The position numbers were made by a program, and so were the translations under genes. A stretch of 64,000 nt of DNA. Origin: the human T2T-CHM13v2.0 reference genome, Homo sapiens. This document shows, piece after piece, positions 1 through 17,075 of the stretch. The stretch lies in assembly GCF_009914755.1 (NCBI RefSeq), contig NC_060926.1; one strand, given 5' to 3'. The stretch's first letter is position 1, and every line of letters starts with the position of its first letter. The notes under the pieces were generated by a model that was given only the letters and a program-made list of their open reading frames with translations, was not told the DNA's origin and did not search any database.

Positions 1-2515
1 TAGTTTCCAAAATTCCTTTTGTTATTAATTTCTATTTCATCATGGTCAGACAAGATGCTTGATATTACTTTACATTTTTTAACGTTTTAAGATTTGTTTT
101 GTGAACAAACATATGGTCTATCCTTGAGAATGATCCATGTGCTGAGGAAAACAATGAATATTCTGCAGCCATGGGATAAAATTTTCTGTAAATATGTATT
201 AGATCCATTTGTTCTACAGTGTAGATTAAGTCTGATGATTCTTTGTTGATTTTCTATCTGGAAGATCTGTCTAATGCTGAAAGTGGGGTGTTGAAGTTTT
301 CAGTTATTATTGTGTTAGGACATATCTCTCTCTTTAGCTCAAATAATAATTGCTTTATATATCTGGGTGCTCCAATGTTGGATGCATATACATTTAAAAT
401 TGTTATGTCTCTTGCTTAATTGACACCTTTATCATTTTATACTGACATTCTTAGTCTCTTCTTATTAGTTTTTGTCATAAAATCTATTTGTCTGTTGTAA
501 GTATAATGACTCCTGCTCTTTTTTTGTTTCCATTGGTATAGAGTATTTTTTTTTCATTCCTTCATTTTCAGTCTATGTGTGTCTTTATAAGTGAAGTGTG
601 TTTCTTCTGGGCAACAGATCAAAGGGTCTTGTTTTTTCATCCATTCAGTCAGTCCATGTCTTTTGATTGGAGAGGTCAGTCCACTTATATTTAATGTTAA
701 TTAATAAGTAAGTGCTTACTTCTGCCATTTTGTTATTTGTATTCTGGTTGTTTCGTGGTCTTCACTTCTTTCTTTTCTTCTTGTCTTTCTTTAGTAAAGG
801 TGATTTTCTCTGGTGATATGATTTAGCTTTCTGCTTTTTATTTTTTTGTGTATCCCTTGTATGTTTTTTGGTTTGAGGTTACCATAAGGCTTACAAATAC
901 TATCTTGTAACCCATTATTTTCACTGGATAAAAACTTAGCACTGTTCTCATAAACAAAGAAGCACAAAGAAAACTAGTAAAAACTCTATGTCTTAACTTC
1001 ATTCTTTTTAACTTTTTGTTGTTTCAATTTATATCTTACTGTACTGACTATGTCTTGAAAAATTGTTGTAGTTATTACTTTTGATTGGTCATCATTTAGT
1101 CTTTCTAGTCAGGACAAGAGTAGCTTACACACCACAGTTTCAGTATTATAAGATTCTGAGTTAGTTTGTATACTTACTATTATTAGTGAGTTTTCTACCT
1201 TCAGGCAATTACTTTTTGCTCATTAATGTCCTTTTCTTTCTGACTGAAGTACTCCCTTTAGCATTTCTTGTAGGACAGGCCTGGTGTTGATGAAATTTCT
1301 CAGCTTTTGTTTGTCTTAGGAAAGTCTTTATTTCTCCCTCCAGTTTGAAGGATATTTTCACTGGACATACTATTCTAGGGTGAATGTTTTTTCCCTTCAG
1401 CACTTTAAGTATGTCATGCCACTTTCTCCTGACCTATAAGATTTCCACTAAAAAGTCTGCCATTGACCATATTGGAGCTCCATTGTATGTTATTTGTTTC
1501 TTTTCTCTTGCTGCTTTTGGGATCCTTTCTTTATCCTTGACTTGGGGAGTCCGATTATTCAATGCCTTTCTTTGGGTTAAATCTGCTTGGTGTTGTATAA
1601 CCTTCTTGTACTTGGATATTGATATCTTTCTCTTGGTTTGGAAAATTGTCTGTTATTATCCCTTTAAATATGCTTTCTAACCCTACCTCTTTTTCTACCT
1701 CCTCTTTAAAGCCAATAATGCTTAGATTTGCCCTTGTGAGGCTATTTTTTAGATCCTGTAGGTGTATTTCATTTTTTTATTCTTTTTTTTCTGCCCACAG
1801 ACTGTGTATTTTCAACTAACCTATCATCAAACTCACTAATTCTTTATTCTGCTTGATTATGCTGTTAAAGAACTCTGCTGCATTCTTCAGTATGCCAATT
1901 GCATTTTTCAGCTCCAGAATTTCTTGATTCTTTTTAATTACTTCAATCTCTTTGTTAAATTTCTCTGATAGAAGTCTGAATTCTTTCTCTCTGTTGTCTT
2001 GAAATTCTGAGTTTTTTTTTCCCACAGTTATTTTGAATTCTCTGTCTGAAAGGTCACACAGCTCTGTTTCTCCAGGATTGATCCTTGGGGGCTTATTTAG
2101 TTCATTTGGTGAGGTCATGTTTTCCTGGATGGTGTTGATGCTAATAGATACTCTTTGGTGTCTGGGAATTTAGAATTAGGTATTTATTTTAGTCTTCACT
2201 GTCTGGGATTATTTGTAGCCATCCTTCTTGGAACAGCTTTCCAGATATTTGAAAAGACTTGTTTCTGTGCTCTAAACTGTAACTCTAGTAGGGGGAATCT
2301 CAAACCCAGTAATGCCATGGTTCTTGCAGACTCAGCGGTACTGCCTCGATGGTTTTGGACATGCTCCAGGGGAATTCTCTGGATTATCAGGCAGAGACTC
2401 TTATTCTATTATCTTACTTTCTCCCAAACAAACAAAATCTCTCTCCATTCTGAAACATCTAAAGCTGGGGGTGAAATGACACAAGGACCCCTGTGGCTGC
2501 CACCATTACGACTGT
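1..2515 (-). mobile_element. Old LINE-1 (L1MA/L1M-type) fragment: part of 5' UTR, degenerate ORF1, start of ORF2; runs off the window edge
   Basis: Minus-strand ORFs 1816-2118 (MTSPNELNK...DLSDREFKI) and 1209-1403 (ISFKLEGEIKTF) are L1 ORF1p-like; T-rich antisense L1 composition; homologous to the + copy at 55700-56530. Confidence 0.9.
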
Positions 2516-3302
2516 ATCTTCCCCTAGATTTCATGGAAGATTTATGCGGGAAAACAACCTTTTCTATGTGTATACAAAAAAAAATGAGGTAAATGAATAT
2601 AGCATTTGCTCTGATGGCAACCTTGTGTCCTTTTTTTAATTTTAAAGTTATAAATATTATATTTCATTTAAAATGGTAAAATAGCAATAAGTAAATAATA
2701 GCAAAAAGATAGTGCATGGGTTTGCTAATCTGCTTACTGGTGGCATTTTCAGTTAATGCAATCCTCTGGAAAGCAAATTTCCAAACTGTCTCAAGAATAA
2801 CAGAGTTATCCTAGCATTGGGCAGAATTTTCACTAATGATGCAATGACATTAACATAACAAAAGAAATCAGCAACAGTATAATAATTACATTATTTATGA
2901 ATGAGAGGTTTATTTTCTTCTCAAGAAGGGTTTTTGTTGCATAAAAATATTATAATAGCGTTAGGTCTTACTGAAGATCTTTTTTGATATAGAAGGGGAA
3001 GACCTAAAGTTAAGTAACCACTTACTAATTTCTAGGCACACTCACCCACACCCACACTATTTCTTTTAATTCTTCCAACTACTGTTGACAGAGTTTTGAA
3101 AGCTCTAAGTGTCTATTTTTATAGGTAGGTAAAATGACATTCTGAGAAAATAGGTTATTGACTTCATAAACATAAAGCTAGTAAAAGGCAAAAACAGGAT
3201 TCAATTTCCAAATTTGTATACCCAAGCTCTTATAACTCAGTATCTCCAGTACTCCACCACACTCTTAGTACCCATTGATACTCCACTATTAAAAAGAGAT
3301 AT

Positions 3303-3785
<483 letters not shown>

Positions 3786-5326
3786 TTAGTATTTTTGAAA
3801 TCATTGAATCTGAAAAAAAACACTAAAACTAAGCAATATATACTTCATAATCAGGCAAAAGTGATACATGTTCAACCACAAATTAAGTTATGATAAATTA
3901 TCCTCATCAAAAAATTTATAGCAGAGTCAAAGAGTAAGTGTGATTGGAGAGTAGAGGAGTTGGGAGAGGGAAGTGGGGTGGTACGTTTAAGGCGGGAAAA
4001 ATTAAGTGTATTTTAAAAAGTTAGTCTTTAGGATAGCTATTCGAGTAATTTTTCAGAAGCTTTAGCAATACCAAACTCTTAGTGACTCATTTCACACAGT
4101 AACAAACCTGAACAATGAAGTTAGGTTAAACAAACAAAAACAAACAAAAAAAAACACTGATTTAAATTACGTCTGTTTACCAGGGATTGAAAGAGAGTCT
4201 GGGTTGCCAGATGTCCTGTCCCAAACTTTTCATCCTTGTATTTTAGCATTCCCTTTAGCATTTATGTACATATTGCAGAGTAGATATTTTCTTCTTAAGG
4301 TCTAATAGAAAAAAAAGTTACATCTTCCCCGGAGGTGTTAAAAATAAATTTAAAGAGGAAAAAATGGTGTTGCAAATGTCAGTAATATGTTCTCCATTGC
4401 TTTTTTTTTTCTTATTTGTGGATGAAATACTAGGAGGAAGTGAAGTCATTGTAAGCACTGTGATTTAAAGATTTATATTCACCACTTAAAGATACCACAC
4501 CAGTAGGTAGCCAGATCAGTAAATCTTGTCCAATTCTTATCAGCAGGTAGACAAGTCTATGGAAGGAGGGGAAAATGTTGTACTGCCAGGTTAATTCAAT
4601 AAATTGAAGTGTAGAAAGAATTAAGACTCTATGGAATACTCAAAAGCTCATTCAAGTTTCTTGCATTTTTTAGACTTTTATATGCCTGCTGTTTTGAAAA
4701 TATAACTTCAAATTATAAAGATATAACACCAAGACATTGGGGAAGCATTTCTTGTTTGTTTTGTTTTGGTTTGAGGGTCTCCAAACTGTTTCAGAAAATG
4801 AACATAAATGATTTTCAGGTATGGCACTTTGTTGCTGGTTATAGTCACATGATTGACTACTTTTTTACACCTAGCCTTCTTGACTCTTTTGTAGAGTCTC
4901 CACTAAGAGAGGAAGAGGAGGGGGAATTGTATGATAAATAAAGTAATAAAAAGTCCCTGTAATATAATTTGAATATTACAATATGGAGACTGCGTTATTA
5001 AAATTTAAAGGTGGCACTATGTAAGGATTACCTGATGATTCCTAAAATTGGGAAACATATCAGTAGTTTCTGTCCAAAAGTATACAAAGTAACTGACCTC
5101 AATTATTCTGTAAAACATGATTGTAAATTTTCAGGACTCATTGATTTAATATCATTCAAAAAAGTTTTTAAAAAGAGATTGGAATCTATTCAAGTCTATA
5201 TTATTTTTACCCTATCAATTTATGATTTTGACAGTTGTTTGTGCCAAGAATAGAATAAGTCAAAGGTTGTCGGTCAACGTTGTAAAACTTCCCCTACACA
5301 GGTATACTATATCTTATATTTAAAAT

Positions 5327-5777
5327 TGTGTCTGGAGTTGGTTCCTACCAGTGGGTTCATGGTCTTGCTGACTTCAAGAATGAAGCCACAGACCTTCACG
5401 CTGAGTGTTACAGCTCTTAAAGATGGCACAGACCCAGAGAGTGAGAGGTAGCAAGGTTTATTGTGAAGAGCTAATGGACAAAGCTTCCATAATGTGGAAG
5501 GGGACCCAAGTGGGTTGCCACTGCTGGCTGGGGTGGCCAGCTTTTATTCCCTTATTGTCCCTGCTCATGTTCCATTTCTGTCCTATCAGAGGGCCCTTTT
5601 TTCAATCCTACCCACGATTGGCTACTTTTAGAATCCTGCTGATTGGTGCATTTTACAGAGTGCTGATAGGTGTGTTTTACAGAGCACTGATTGGTGCATT
5701 TTGCAATCCTCTTGTAAGACAGGAAAGTTCCTCAAGTCCTCACTTGACCCAGGAAGTCCAGCTGGCCTCACCTCTCA
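5327..5777 (-). mobile_element. Solo ERV1 LTR, LTR12 family (LTR12F-like)
   Basis: Reverse complement begins tgagaggtgaggccagctgg and ends ...ccagacaca; repeated CCAAT units (gattggtgcatttt); 4-bp TSD aaat at 5323-5326 and 5778-5781. Confidence 0.9.
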
Positions 5778-6781
5778 AAATCATTCTGGGAAATGTGACT
5801 TTCTCTTATGTAATCAAAAATGGCATTTGTATTATCCCTTTTTGCTATTTGGGTCCTTCATTTTTCATTAAACTCAGCAGCACTGAATACTATTCAATTC
5901 TCCTTTCTGGAAACATTTTCTTCTCTTGATTTATGTGACCTCATTCTTCAGGCTCATTCTAAAGGCTTTATTTATGGCCTTTTGTTATTATCTGTCTGTT
6001 TGTTTTTCTTTTTGCCTCTCAGGCCCATACTGCTCAGTCTTCTTTTCTTACTCTCTACCTGGACCGGGCTTAGTCCAGAGCCCTATTCTCCTATTCTATT
6101 CTCCTTATGTTCTTTCTATGAGACATCCACACTCCTGTCTTTAGAGCCATCTGTGTGTTTATGAGTCCTAAAATTGTAACTCCAGCCTCTCTTTTGAATG
6201 GTACTCCTATGTGGCCAATTTCCTCCTTTCATTTTTCCTTAGTGTCTCGGTGGCATGCCAAACTCAACAAGTCCATAATGATTTATTGATTTGCTGGTAT
6301 TCTCAAATCAACTTCTTCTTATGACATTTTGCCAAATGTGTCATTTCTCTCTACCTTTAGTGCTGGCATCTTAGTTTAAGCCACGATTACTTCTTACCAT
6401 CCTAATGCATTTGCAGGAGCTGGCTAATTCACTAGCTTTTTCTCCTCCTGCCCTTTTATTTTCTTCAAAGAACTGTCAGAAGGAGGTATAAACTTGTTCA
6501 GTGATTTCTGTTTGATCTTAAGAGAAATAAAAATCTCTTAATATGACTTAAGGTTTGCATTGTGTCCCCCAAAAGAAGATATGTTAAAGTCCAAATCCTC
6601 AGTACCTAAAAGTGTAACCATATTTAGAAATAGAATCATTACAAATGTAATTAGTTGAGGTCAGACTGGAGTAGGATGGGCTCCTAATCCAATATGACTG
6701 ATGTCTTTATGAAAAGATGGCCATGTGAAGAGACAAAATCACACAGAGGAGAATGCCATGCACAGAGCTTGTAAAAATGTA

Positions 6782-7336
6782 CTGTTTACCCTCAGTATCC
6801 TCAGAAGATTCATTTCAGGACCTCTCGTGGTACCAAAATCTGCTCAAGTTCCTTATATAAAACGGCATAGTATTTGCATACAATTTACATATATATATTT
6901 ATTTATTATTTATTTATTAATTTTTTTGTTTTTTGAGACAGATTCTCACTCTGTCACCCAGGCTGGAGTGCAGTGTGCAGTGATGCAATATCGGCTCACT
7001 GCAACCTCCACCTCCCAGGCTTAAGCAATTCGTGTGCCTCAGCCTCCGGAGTAGCTTGGATTACAGGCACGTGCCACCACGCCCTGCTAATTTTTTGTAT
7101 TTTTAGTAGAGACAGGGTTTCACCATGTTGCCCCAGCTGGTCTCAAACTCCTGAGCTCAGGTTATCCGCCTGCCTTGACCTCCCAAATTCTAGGATTATG
7201 GCCCTGAGCCACTGCGCCTGGCCCTGCTATATATTTAAAATCATCTCTAGATGACAAATAATACCCAATACAGTATAAATGCTAAGGAAATAATGTTTCT
7301 GAAGATGCGGAACCCTTGGATATAGAAGGTCGATTA
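6782..7336 (+). mobile_element. MER2 (Tigger-type DNA transposon) split by an Alu
   Basis: taccaaaatc..gctcaagttccttatataaaacggcatagtatttgcata / aaatcatctctagat...gatgcggaaccc; TA at both ends. Confidence 0.85.
6896..7223 (-). mobile_element. Alu (AluS-like), antisense
   Basis: T-rich tail followed by reverse Alu body ending ...gcgcctggcc; internal 7-bp duplication gtgcagt. Confidence 0.95.
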
Positions 7337-9779
7337 TATCTGCAAGCCAAGGAATACCCAGTATTGACAGCTGGAGAAAGTTAAGGAACAGATTCTCCCT
7401 CAGAGCCTTCAGAAGGGACCACCACCGATGACACCCTGATTTTGGACTTCTGGCCTCCAGGATTATAAGAAAATAATTCTCAAAAACCATCCAGTTTTTT
7501 TATGGGAAATCCAGGAAAGCTAATACTATACAATGGCTTAGGATTCTTCAAAACTGAGTTTCAGCCTTCCTTTTCAAACCTTACCTTGCATTACTCTCCT
7601 TCTCTCCATTGGCTTTAGCTATGGTGGCTTTATTTGAGGCCATTGTCCACCTCAGGATACTTTGGCTGCCCACTCTATCCCACATGCTCCTCTCTCACTC
7701 TTGGACTCCAGCAGATGTCACCTTCAATGTCACCTCTTCAGAAAGATCTAGATTACTTTCTTAACTGTTTTGATAGAGGAACTTATTTTGTAATCAAACA
7801 TTGATCTATCATTTGAATATTTTTTCATTAATATATTTGTTTGATGAAGAAAGAAACTGTGACCCCATGAGACAAGCACCTAGCACAGCACCTGGAAAAT
7901 AGTCTTTGATCAACTGAGTAATAAACAAAAATAAATTAAGCCATTTAAAAATAGATTTGAAAACATTACTAGGAAGCTGGCTGTAGAAGGCAATGTTATG
8001 TAGAATACTTTTGAACAAAAATGATCTTCATTTCCTGTAACTTGTCCCTATTTACAGTCAAGCTTCCCTGAAACAAGGCATAGCTATAGAAGGTCCAGAA
8101 GTTCACCAATTAGCCTCAGAATAATAATAGTCGTTAGAGACTAGTTTCCCTGATCGCATCTGTGTCTTTTTTCCAGCTACAATTGCAATGTGTTCCTGAA
8201 TGCCTTAATCTATGCCCACTTATAAAATTAACACATCTGTTGTGTTAATTTTGAAACGGAGACTTCTAAGTTCCTTAGGGAACTGAAATCCTTAAAGGTC
8301 AAATTATTTAAGCACAATGTCTGCCATTTAATTTTTGACCTAAAAAATAGCCTTAAAGCCCTCAGGACCACAGTGTTTACCTTGGGAGGATGGAGATGCT
8401 AAGAACTGACCTCCCTTTCTCCCAGGATTGCTGTGCACATCCCTTGGTAGTAAGAAGCACCTTCCAGGTGTTTTTCTGTGTAAACAGAATGGAATCTGTG
8501 TATTTAATAATTGCAAAGAAATCTTAAGGTGTGGGACTCCTTTCACTTAAGGATAGTGAAAAAAAAAATGTGGCCTAAATGGAAAAACATTGTATTTTTT
8601 TCTAAGCTAATACAGCCAGTTAACTACACAGTGTTCCCATTAATTTTTTGCAGATACTCCCATGTATAAATTTAGCCTATTACTTGAGTTAACTGTTTAA
8701 TGATAGGATGGGTTTCACAAAAATTTAACCTAGCAGGAAGTTTACAAGTTCTATGAAAAGTAATTTAATCTGATGAACATAGTGTTTACAGAATCACGTA
8801 AAAGCATGATCTTCCTCAAAAAAGTTCTGGGCTCCCACCCATTGCCTGTAACTACTCATCCCTTATTTTTCCCTCTGCCACTACTTCTAAAATTTAGGAA
8901 AACAAAGAAATCAATTAAACACTATCTGTAGCTTTGAACATTTCAAACTTGATGTGACTTATCAAACACTTCAGTTGAAGGGGAACTGATGATGATGTTA
9001 AATGATAAGCCATAGGATATTTTATATAAATACAAACTAAAGAATTATGTCTCAGTGATTTTGGTGAGGATTAAATAAAATCTTATACTTAAAGTCCTTA
9101 AAAATCATGTATATATAATCATTTCTTACAATAAACGTCAAATACATGGTAAAACATTTAATAATTCTTCTCAAACTTGGTGCATGTACTCCTGGGGTCC
9201 ACAGTTGTATATCTGGTGCATAGAATGCTCAAGGGAAAATATGTCATTTCTTCTTAGAGTTTCAATTTTACTTCAAAGTAGGCAATATACAATATTACCT
9301 TTACATTAAAATAAATGGCCACATTGTATACTATAGCAGAAATTATATATAAATACATAAAATCACATACATATATAATTATATACATGTAACTATTAGA
9401 TTTTAAAGAACTTTTCTGCTTCTATCTGTCTAGGCTTCCTTGGGTGGTGCTTGACCCCAGCCCAACCATTTTTAGGTACTCTTACTACTAACCGCTATTA
9501 TTTTCTGTCTTCTGCCATTCCAAATTCCTTTTGCAAAATTATCAGAATTGTTACTGGTTTATATTAAATTTGTATTCACAAATTCTACCTACATGAAATT
9601 TTAAATAATTATATAAATTCCACGTCAGCAAAAGGCTCTAGTGCCTTGCTTAGCAGATAAAGAACATGGTACAAATCTATTAGGCATGTTCAAAAATGTT
9701 TTATTCATCTTTAAGCACAATGGCTTATGGATTTTTGTAATAGCTGGGTAGTACGCAGAGAAAAGGAATTTTGAAGTCA

Positions 9780-9965
9780 ACAACCTCAATCCATCAGATA
9801 ATAGGCATGCAAATATGGAAAGATTTCTTACAGTTTCAGGAACAATGTTCCCATCTGTAATAACAGACATACTAACAACTGTCTTGAAAGATTGGTGATG
9901 TAATGTAGTAAAAAGCCTAGGACAATACCTGTCACATAGTAGGTGCTTAAAAATAGTAGACATTA
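9780..9965 (+). mobile_element. MIR fragment
   Basis: ttcccatctgtaa...aaaagcctaggacaatacctgtcacatagtaggtgcttaaaaatagtag...tattatt MIR 3' core. Confidence 0.6.
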
Positions 9966-10909
9966 TTATTCTTTAAATTCCTGTTTGGAGTAGGATTGTA
10001 CATGGCTAAATTTATAAAAATGAAAATACATTAAAAAATACAATTGTAAATTGTTCTAATTGCTTCTTCACAGTAATACTGAAAGAGCTTTTAAAATAAA
10101 AACATCTTTTTCCTCCATTTATTTCAATTATGGTATCCAGGGTTAGACAAGTTGTTGCTGCTTCAGGGCCATTCTTTCTCTGAGGTAAAGAAATAAAAAG
10201 GTAGAGGTTTTAACAGTTGTTTAAAAATAAAGGTAAAATATGAATGTTCTGCTTCCTAAAACTGACTTAATTCTCTTTTAATGTGCTGGGGCTTTGCCAA
10301 GATTTAAACTGAACTCCTGAATTTGATTTTGTTTAAAAGATTTGATATTTGCCATCACAGCACCATTTTTTAAAAGTTTAGGGCCTATTCATCAAAATAA
10401 TGTTTTTGGCATTATATGTGCTCTGAAGATTTGAAGACCAATTTATTAGAAATACCTCAAATCTGTCTGAGTATTCATATCCTGAATATTACTGGGAAGA
10501 GTTTGTTGCCCATCGTATAAATTCAAGTTAAAAGATCATCCTAGAATCCATTCATTTTTTAAACTTAAGGCAGCTGGCTATGGTAGAAGGAACACCAGCC
10601 CTGAGACAAAAGGCTCAGGATGGATGGTCACGTCTATTTGACCTCTCACTCCTCGGAGTTAAATTACCCATGAAATAAGTAAAAAGGTCTAGTCTTTCCT
10701 GAGGAGCAGATATTGTTAAATGATAAAATGTATTTCATGGATTCCAAATGCAATACAGCGAAAGCTATTCAGTATACAAATATTTGTTGCGTATCTACTC
10801 TGAGTAAGACCCTGGGGGAAACACACAATTCAGATACAATTTATAGTGTCATCCAGTTTGCAGTCTAGTGTAATAGGAAATAGTCAATGAAAACTTAGAC
10901 TTCATGTTA

Positions 10910-13973
<3,064 letters not shown>

Positions 13974-15121
13974 AAAATCTTTAGCAGCTAGGTAAACTCT
14001 GATACTGTAATGTCACATTTAATATGAAAAATTATATGATTTTTAAAAAATTGATCTTATATTTTTACAAGTTAATTTTAATTGTGTAAAATAATATATA
14101 TCTTTGAAACATTGAAAACATAGTGAAGAGAATAAACCAAAATATTAACAGCTAATGTTTTAGGACAAGCATATAGGTAATTTTATCTTTCTTCCCTATA
14201 CTCTGTTTTAATGGTATAATAATGTCTCTTTTCTTCTTGCCAACATTTTCTTAGGCATGTGCTCCTGGGAGACACACAGATGAAGAACCCACTGAGTTTA
14301 GACAAGTTATTTAGAATTTCCAGCTTCAAAGAACAAAGGGAGGCTTAATGGCTTTTATGCTGTAGTTTGAAGGAAAGGTGAGATTTGCATATGCATAGGT
14401 GTTGATAGTTTGAGAATATTTCTACAGGGATTGACAATATAGGTATATACAAAATTCCAAGTCAGTGTTCTATAAAAATTTGTCAAAGAAACCTGTCAAG
14501 GGACTCAGATTCCAAACTTGATAGGGAAGGTTCGTTTGCATATACTTTTTTTTCTCTCTCTAATGTTTTAGTCATTTTAAGACTTGAGAAACAAAATATT
14601 TATTCCCTGCCGTTTCATTCCTGCCTCTGTCTGATCCAGTATAGAACAGCAACCTACAATTTCAGTGGGGAGCAAAATAGGAATTCTTTAGATCAGTAGG
14701 CACTGAATACATTTTCCAGAACAGTAGTGGAAATACCTCTCTTTAGACAATAAATTTACTTACCAGGATTTAAATAATATATACTCATTAAGAAACATTG
14801 GGACATGACCGGGCCTTTAAAAATCACCTATTGTTTTACTAATTAGATCTTTCTTTGAATACATTTTAATCTTTAGAAATTATGCACTTTCACTCTGTTT
14901 TATAGATGAGAAAAGAAACAAGAATGGGTTCACCCCATGGAATGGGTGAACTTAGGCTTCTCTAAGGTGACATGGAAGCTGCAACAGGTTGGCAAGTAGG
15001 ATAGACATGCCCATTGTTCATTCTAATCCTCTACAAAGCATTGTATGGCATGGTAGGTGCGCAGCGAGTGTTTGATAAGTTAATGCTAAACTGTTTTCAT
15101 GGTTCCGGAAATGTGGCCCCA

Positions 15122-15617
15122 GAGAGTTGAAAATAAAACCTTTTAGTCAACTAGAATTTGGGTCTCAATCACTGGTTTCTTAATTTTAATGTATTGTATT
15201 TAATTTAAGCTCAGACCTCAATTTCTTTGATATAAAATGGCATAATGATACGAGTCTTAGAGTTGTGAGGAGTCCATAGAATGTGTGTAAATCCACAACG
15301 GCAATATCCACATATGGAACTCAGTAAATGGTCCTTTTTTATGCTTGACTGGTCCGCAATTGAGAGTTGAAAATAAGAGCTGTTAGTCAACCAGAATTTG
15401 GGTCTCAATCACTGGTTTCTTAATTTTAAGAAATTTAGATTTAGATTGAACTTAATCTAACCTGAAGCCTCAATTTTTTTTTTACCTAAAATGGCAAAAT
15501 GATACTAGCCTTAAAGTTGTGAGGAGTCCATAGAATGTCTGTAAATCCACAACAGCAATATCCACATATGGAATTCAGTAAACGGTTCTTTTTATTCTTG
15601 ACTGATCCACCACTTGA
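15122..15617. repeat. Two-copy tandem duplication of a ~240-255 bp MIR-containing unit
   Basis: Units start gagagttgaaa at 15122 and 15362 and share long identical blocks (agaatttgggtctcaatcactggtttcttaattttaa; gttgtgaggagtccatagaatgt). Confidence 0.92.
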
Positions 15618-16367
15618 GGCACATTCTATCCCTTTTCTTATTGACCTGTAATGCTGACTCTCTGGGATACTACTCCAATTCTGAGCAAAATAGCACATAT
15701 TTTACGTACAAATGTAGCGTAAAATCATTGTAATGTAAATTAGACCTAAGAATCTATCTGAAATAATTTGAGCACATGTAAGAGTCTCCTGCCAAAAGAT
15801 CAATAATCAATATTTGAGAAGTATTTTACATTTTACAAAGAATCCAAATGGGTGGAAGTTGATGATAGCTGAGCCAAAATTAAGGTATCACCCACCAGGG
15901 AAACTTCAGACCTTGGATAACATCACTCAGCATAATGCAATAACTTTGGGCAAGGTCTGAGGGCATTGCATTAACATCTATAAATTATGCTATAGATAAA
16001 ATCTGTTAGTTTATTTTTCTGCAATTAGGTAAATTGAAAGTGAATAAAAAACCAATATGATTAGTATTACCAATTCTTTACTAAATAGAATATTGCCAAA
16101 TGAGTAGATTCAGGCAGAGTCAGGTAGAATGTGAAAGTGATTGGTGATACAGTAGGATGAATAAAATCTATATTTATATGCATATCTGTCATATCTATCC
16201 ACCTATCTTTCTGTTTATCTAATCTATCTAATCTATCAATTTATACTTAATTTTCCATTCACAAAACATCAGTTAAGGTGGCAATTTCATTCTTGCAGTA
16301 TTATGTTGCAAAGAAGCTCACTTCCTTTATAGTAGATACCTTTCCTTTTCCTAAAACTGATCTAAAA

Positions 16368-16552
16368 CAGTGGCTGGCTCTCAAACTGTGATGTACATAA
16401 GAATCACTTAAAAAGCTTGTTAAAGCACAGATTTCTAGGACCTCCCCCAGAGTTTTTAACTTAGTAGGTCTAGGGTGGGGCTCAATAATTTGCATTTCTA
16501 ACAAGTTCCCAAGAGATGATATTGCTGCTGTTCCTGGGACCACTCTCAAGAC
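16368..16552. mobile_element. MER5A-like hAT-Charlie DNA element
   Basis: ctcaaact...agaatcac...tagtaggtctagggtggggc...tttgcatttctaacaagttccca...gggaccac. Confidence 0.85.
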
Positions 16553-16710
16553 CCTCTAACCCACTTTTTTCACAAAGATATTTTTCTCATTATTTTTTCC
16601 TGTCCTTCTAAATATCTCCCTTCTTTGATGTCATTTTGCACATTACCAATTAAATTTAGCATGGGAATAGCAAAATGGAGTTCAGGAAAGACTATAAAAT
16701 GGAGAGTAGG

Positions 16711-17075
16711 TGATATGGTTTGGATTTATGTCCCCACCCAAATTTCACGTCAAATTGGAGGAGGGGCCTGGTGAGAGACGACTGGATCATGGGACGGATT
16801 ACCTCCTTGCTGCTCTCGTGATTGTGGGTGCGTTCTCATGAGATCCCATGGTCTAAAAGTGTATAACACTTCCCCCTTCTTTCTCTCTCTTGTTCCACCA
16901 TGGTAAGACGTGCTTGCTTCCCCTTTACCTTCTGCCATAATTGCAAGTTTCCTGAGGCCTCCCAACCATTTTTTTTTAACAACATGTGGACCTGTGAGTC
17001 AATTAAACCTCTTTTCTTTATACATTACCCAGTCTCAGGTAGTTCTTTATAACAGTGTGAAAACAGACTAATATA
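16711..17075 (+). mobile_element. MSTA-like MaLR solo LTR
   Basis: tgatatggtttggattt...gactaata termini; 5-bp TSD gtagg at 16706-16710 and 17076-17080. Confidence 0.92.

Larger units (their letters stand above)
6546..7529 (+). mobile_element. MLT1B-like MaLR LTR split by MER2
   Basis: 5' part (tgtgtcccccaaaag...ctaatccaatatgactg) and 3' part (caagccaagga...gattctccctcagagccttcaga...ggacttctggcctccag...ctaatac). Confidence 0.85.
5850..7930 (+). mobile_element. Degenerate L2 3' region, interrupted by the MLT1/MER2/Alu stack
   Basis: L2-like motifs (caaactcaacaagtcc; ccatgagacaagcacctagcacagcacctgg) on either side of the nested inserts; boundaries approximate. Confidence 0.55.

Noticed and set aside
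5405-5929. 174-aa ORF
   Set aside because: Antisense read-through of the LTR12 element from a non-ATG start; no recognisable domain.
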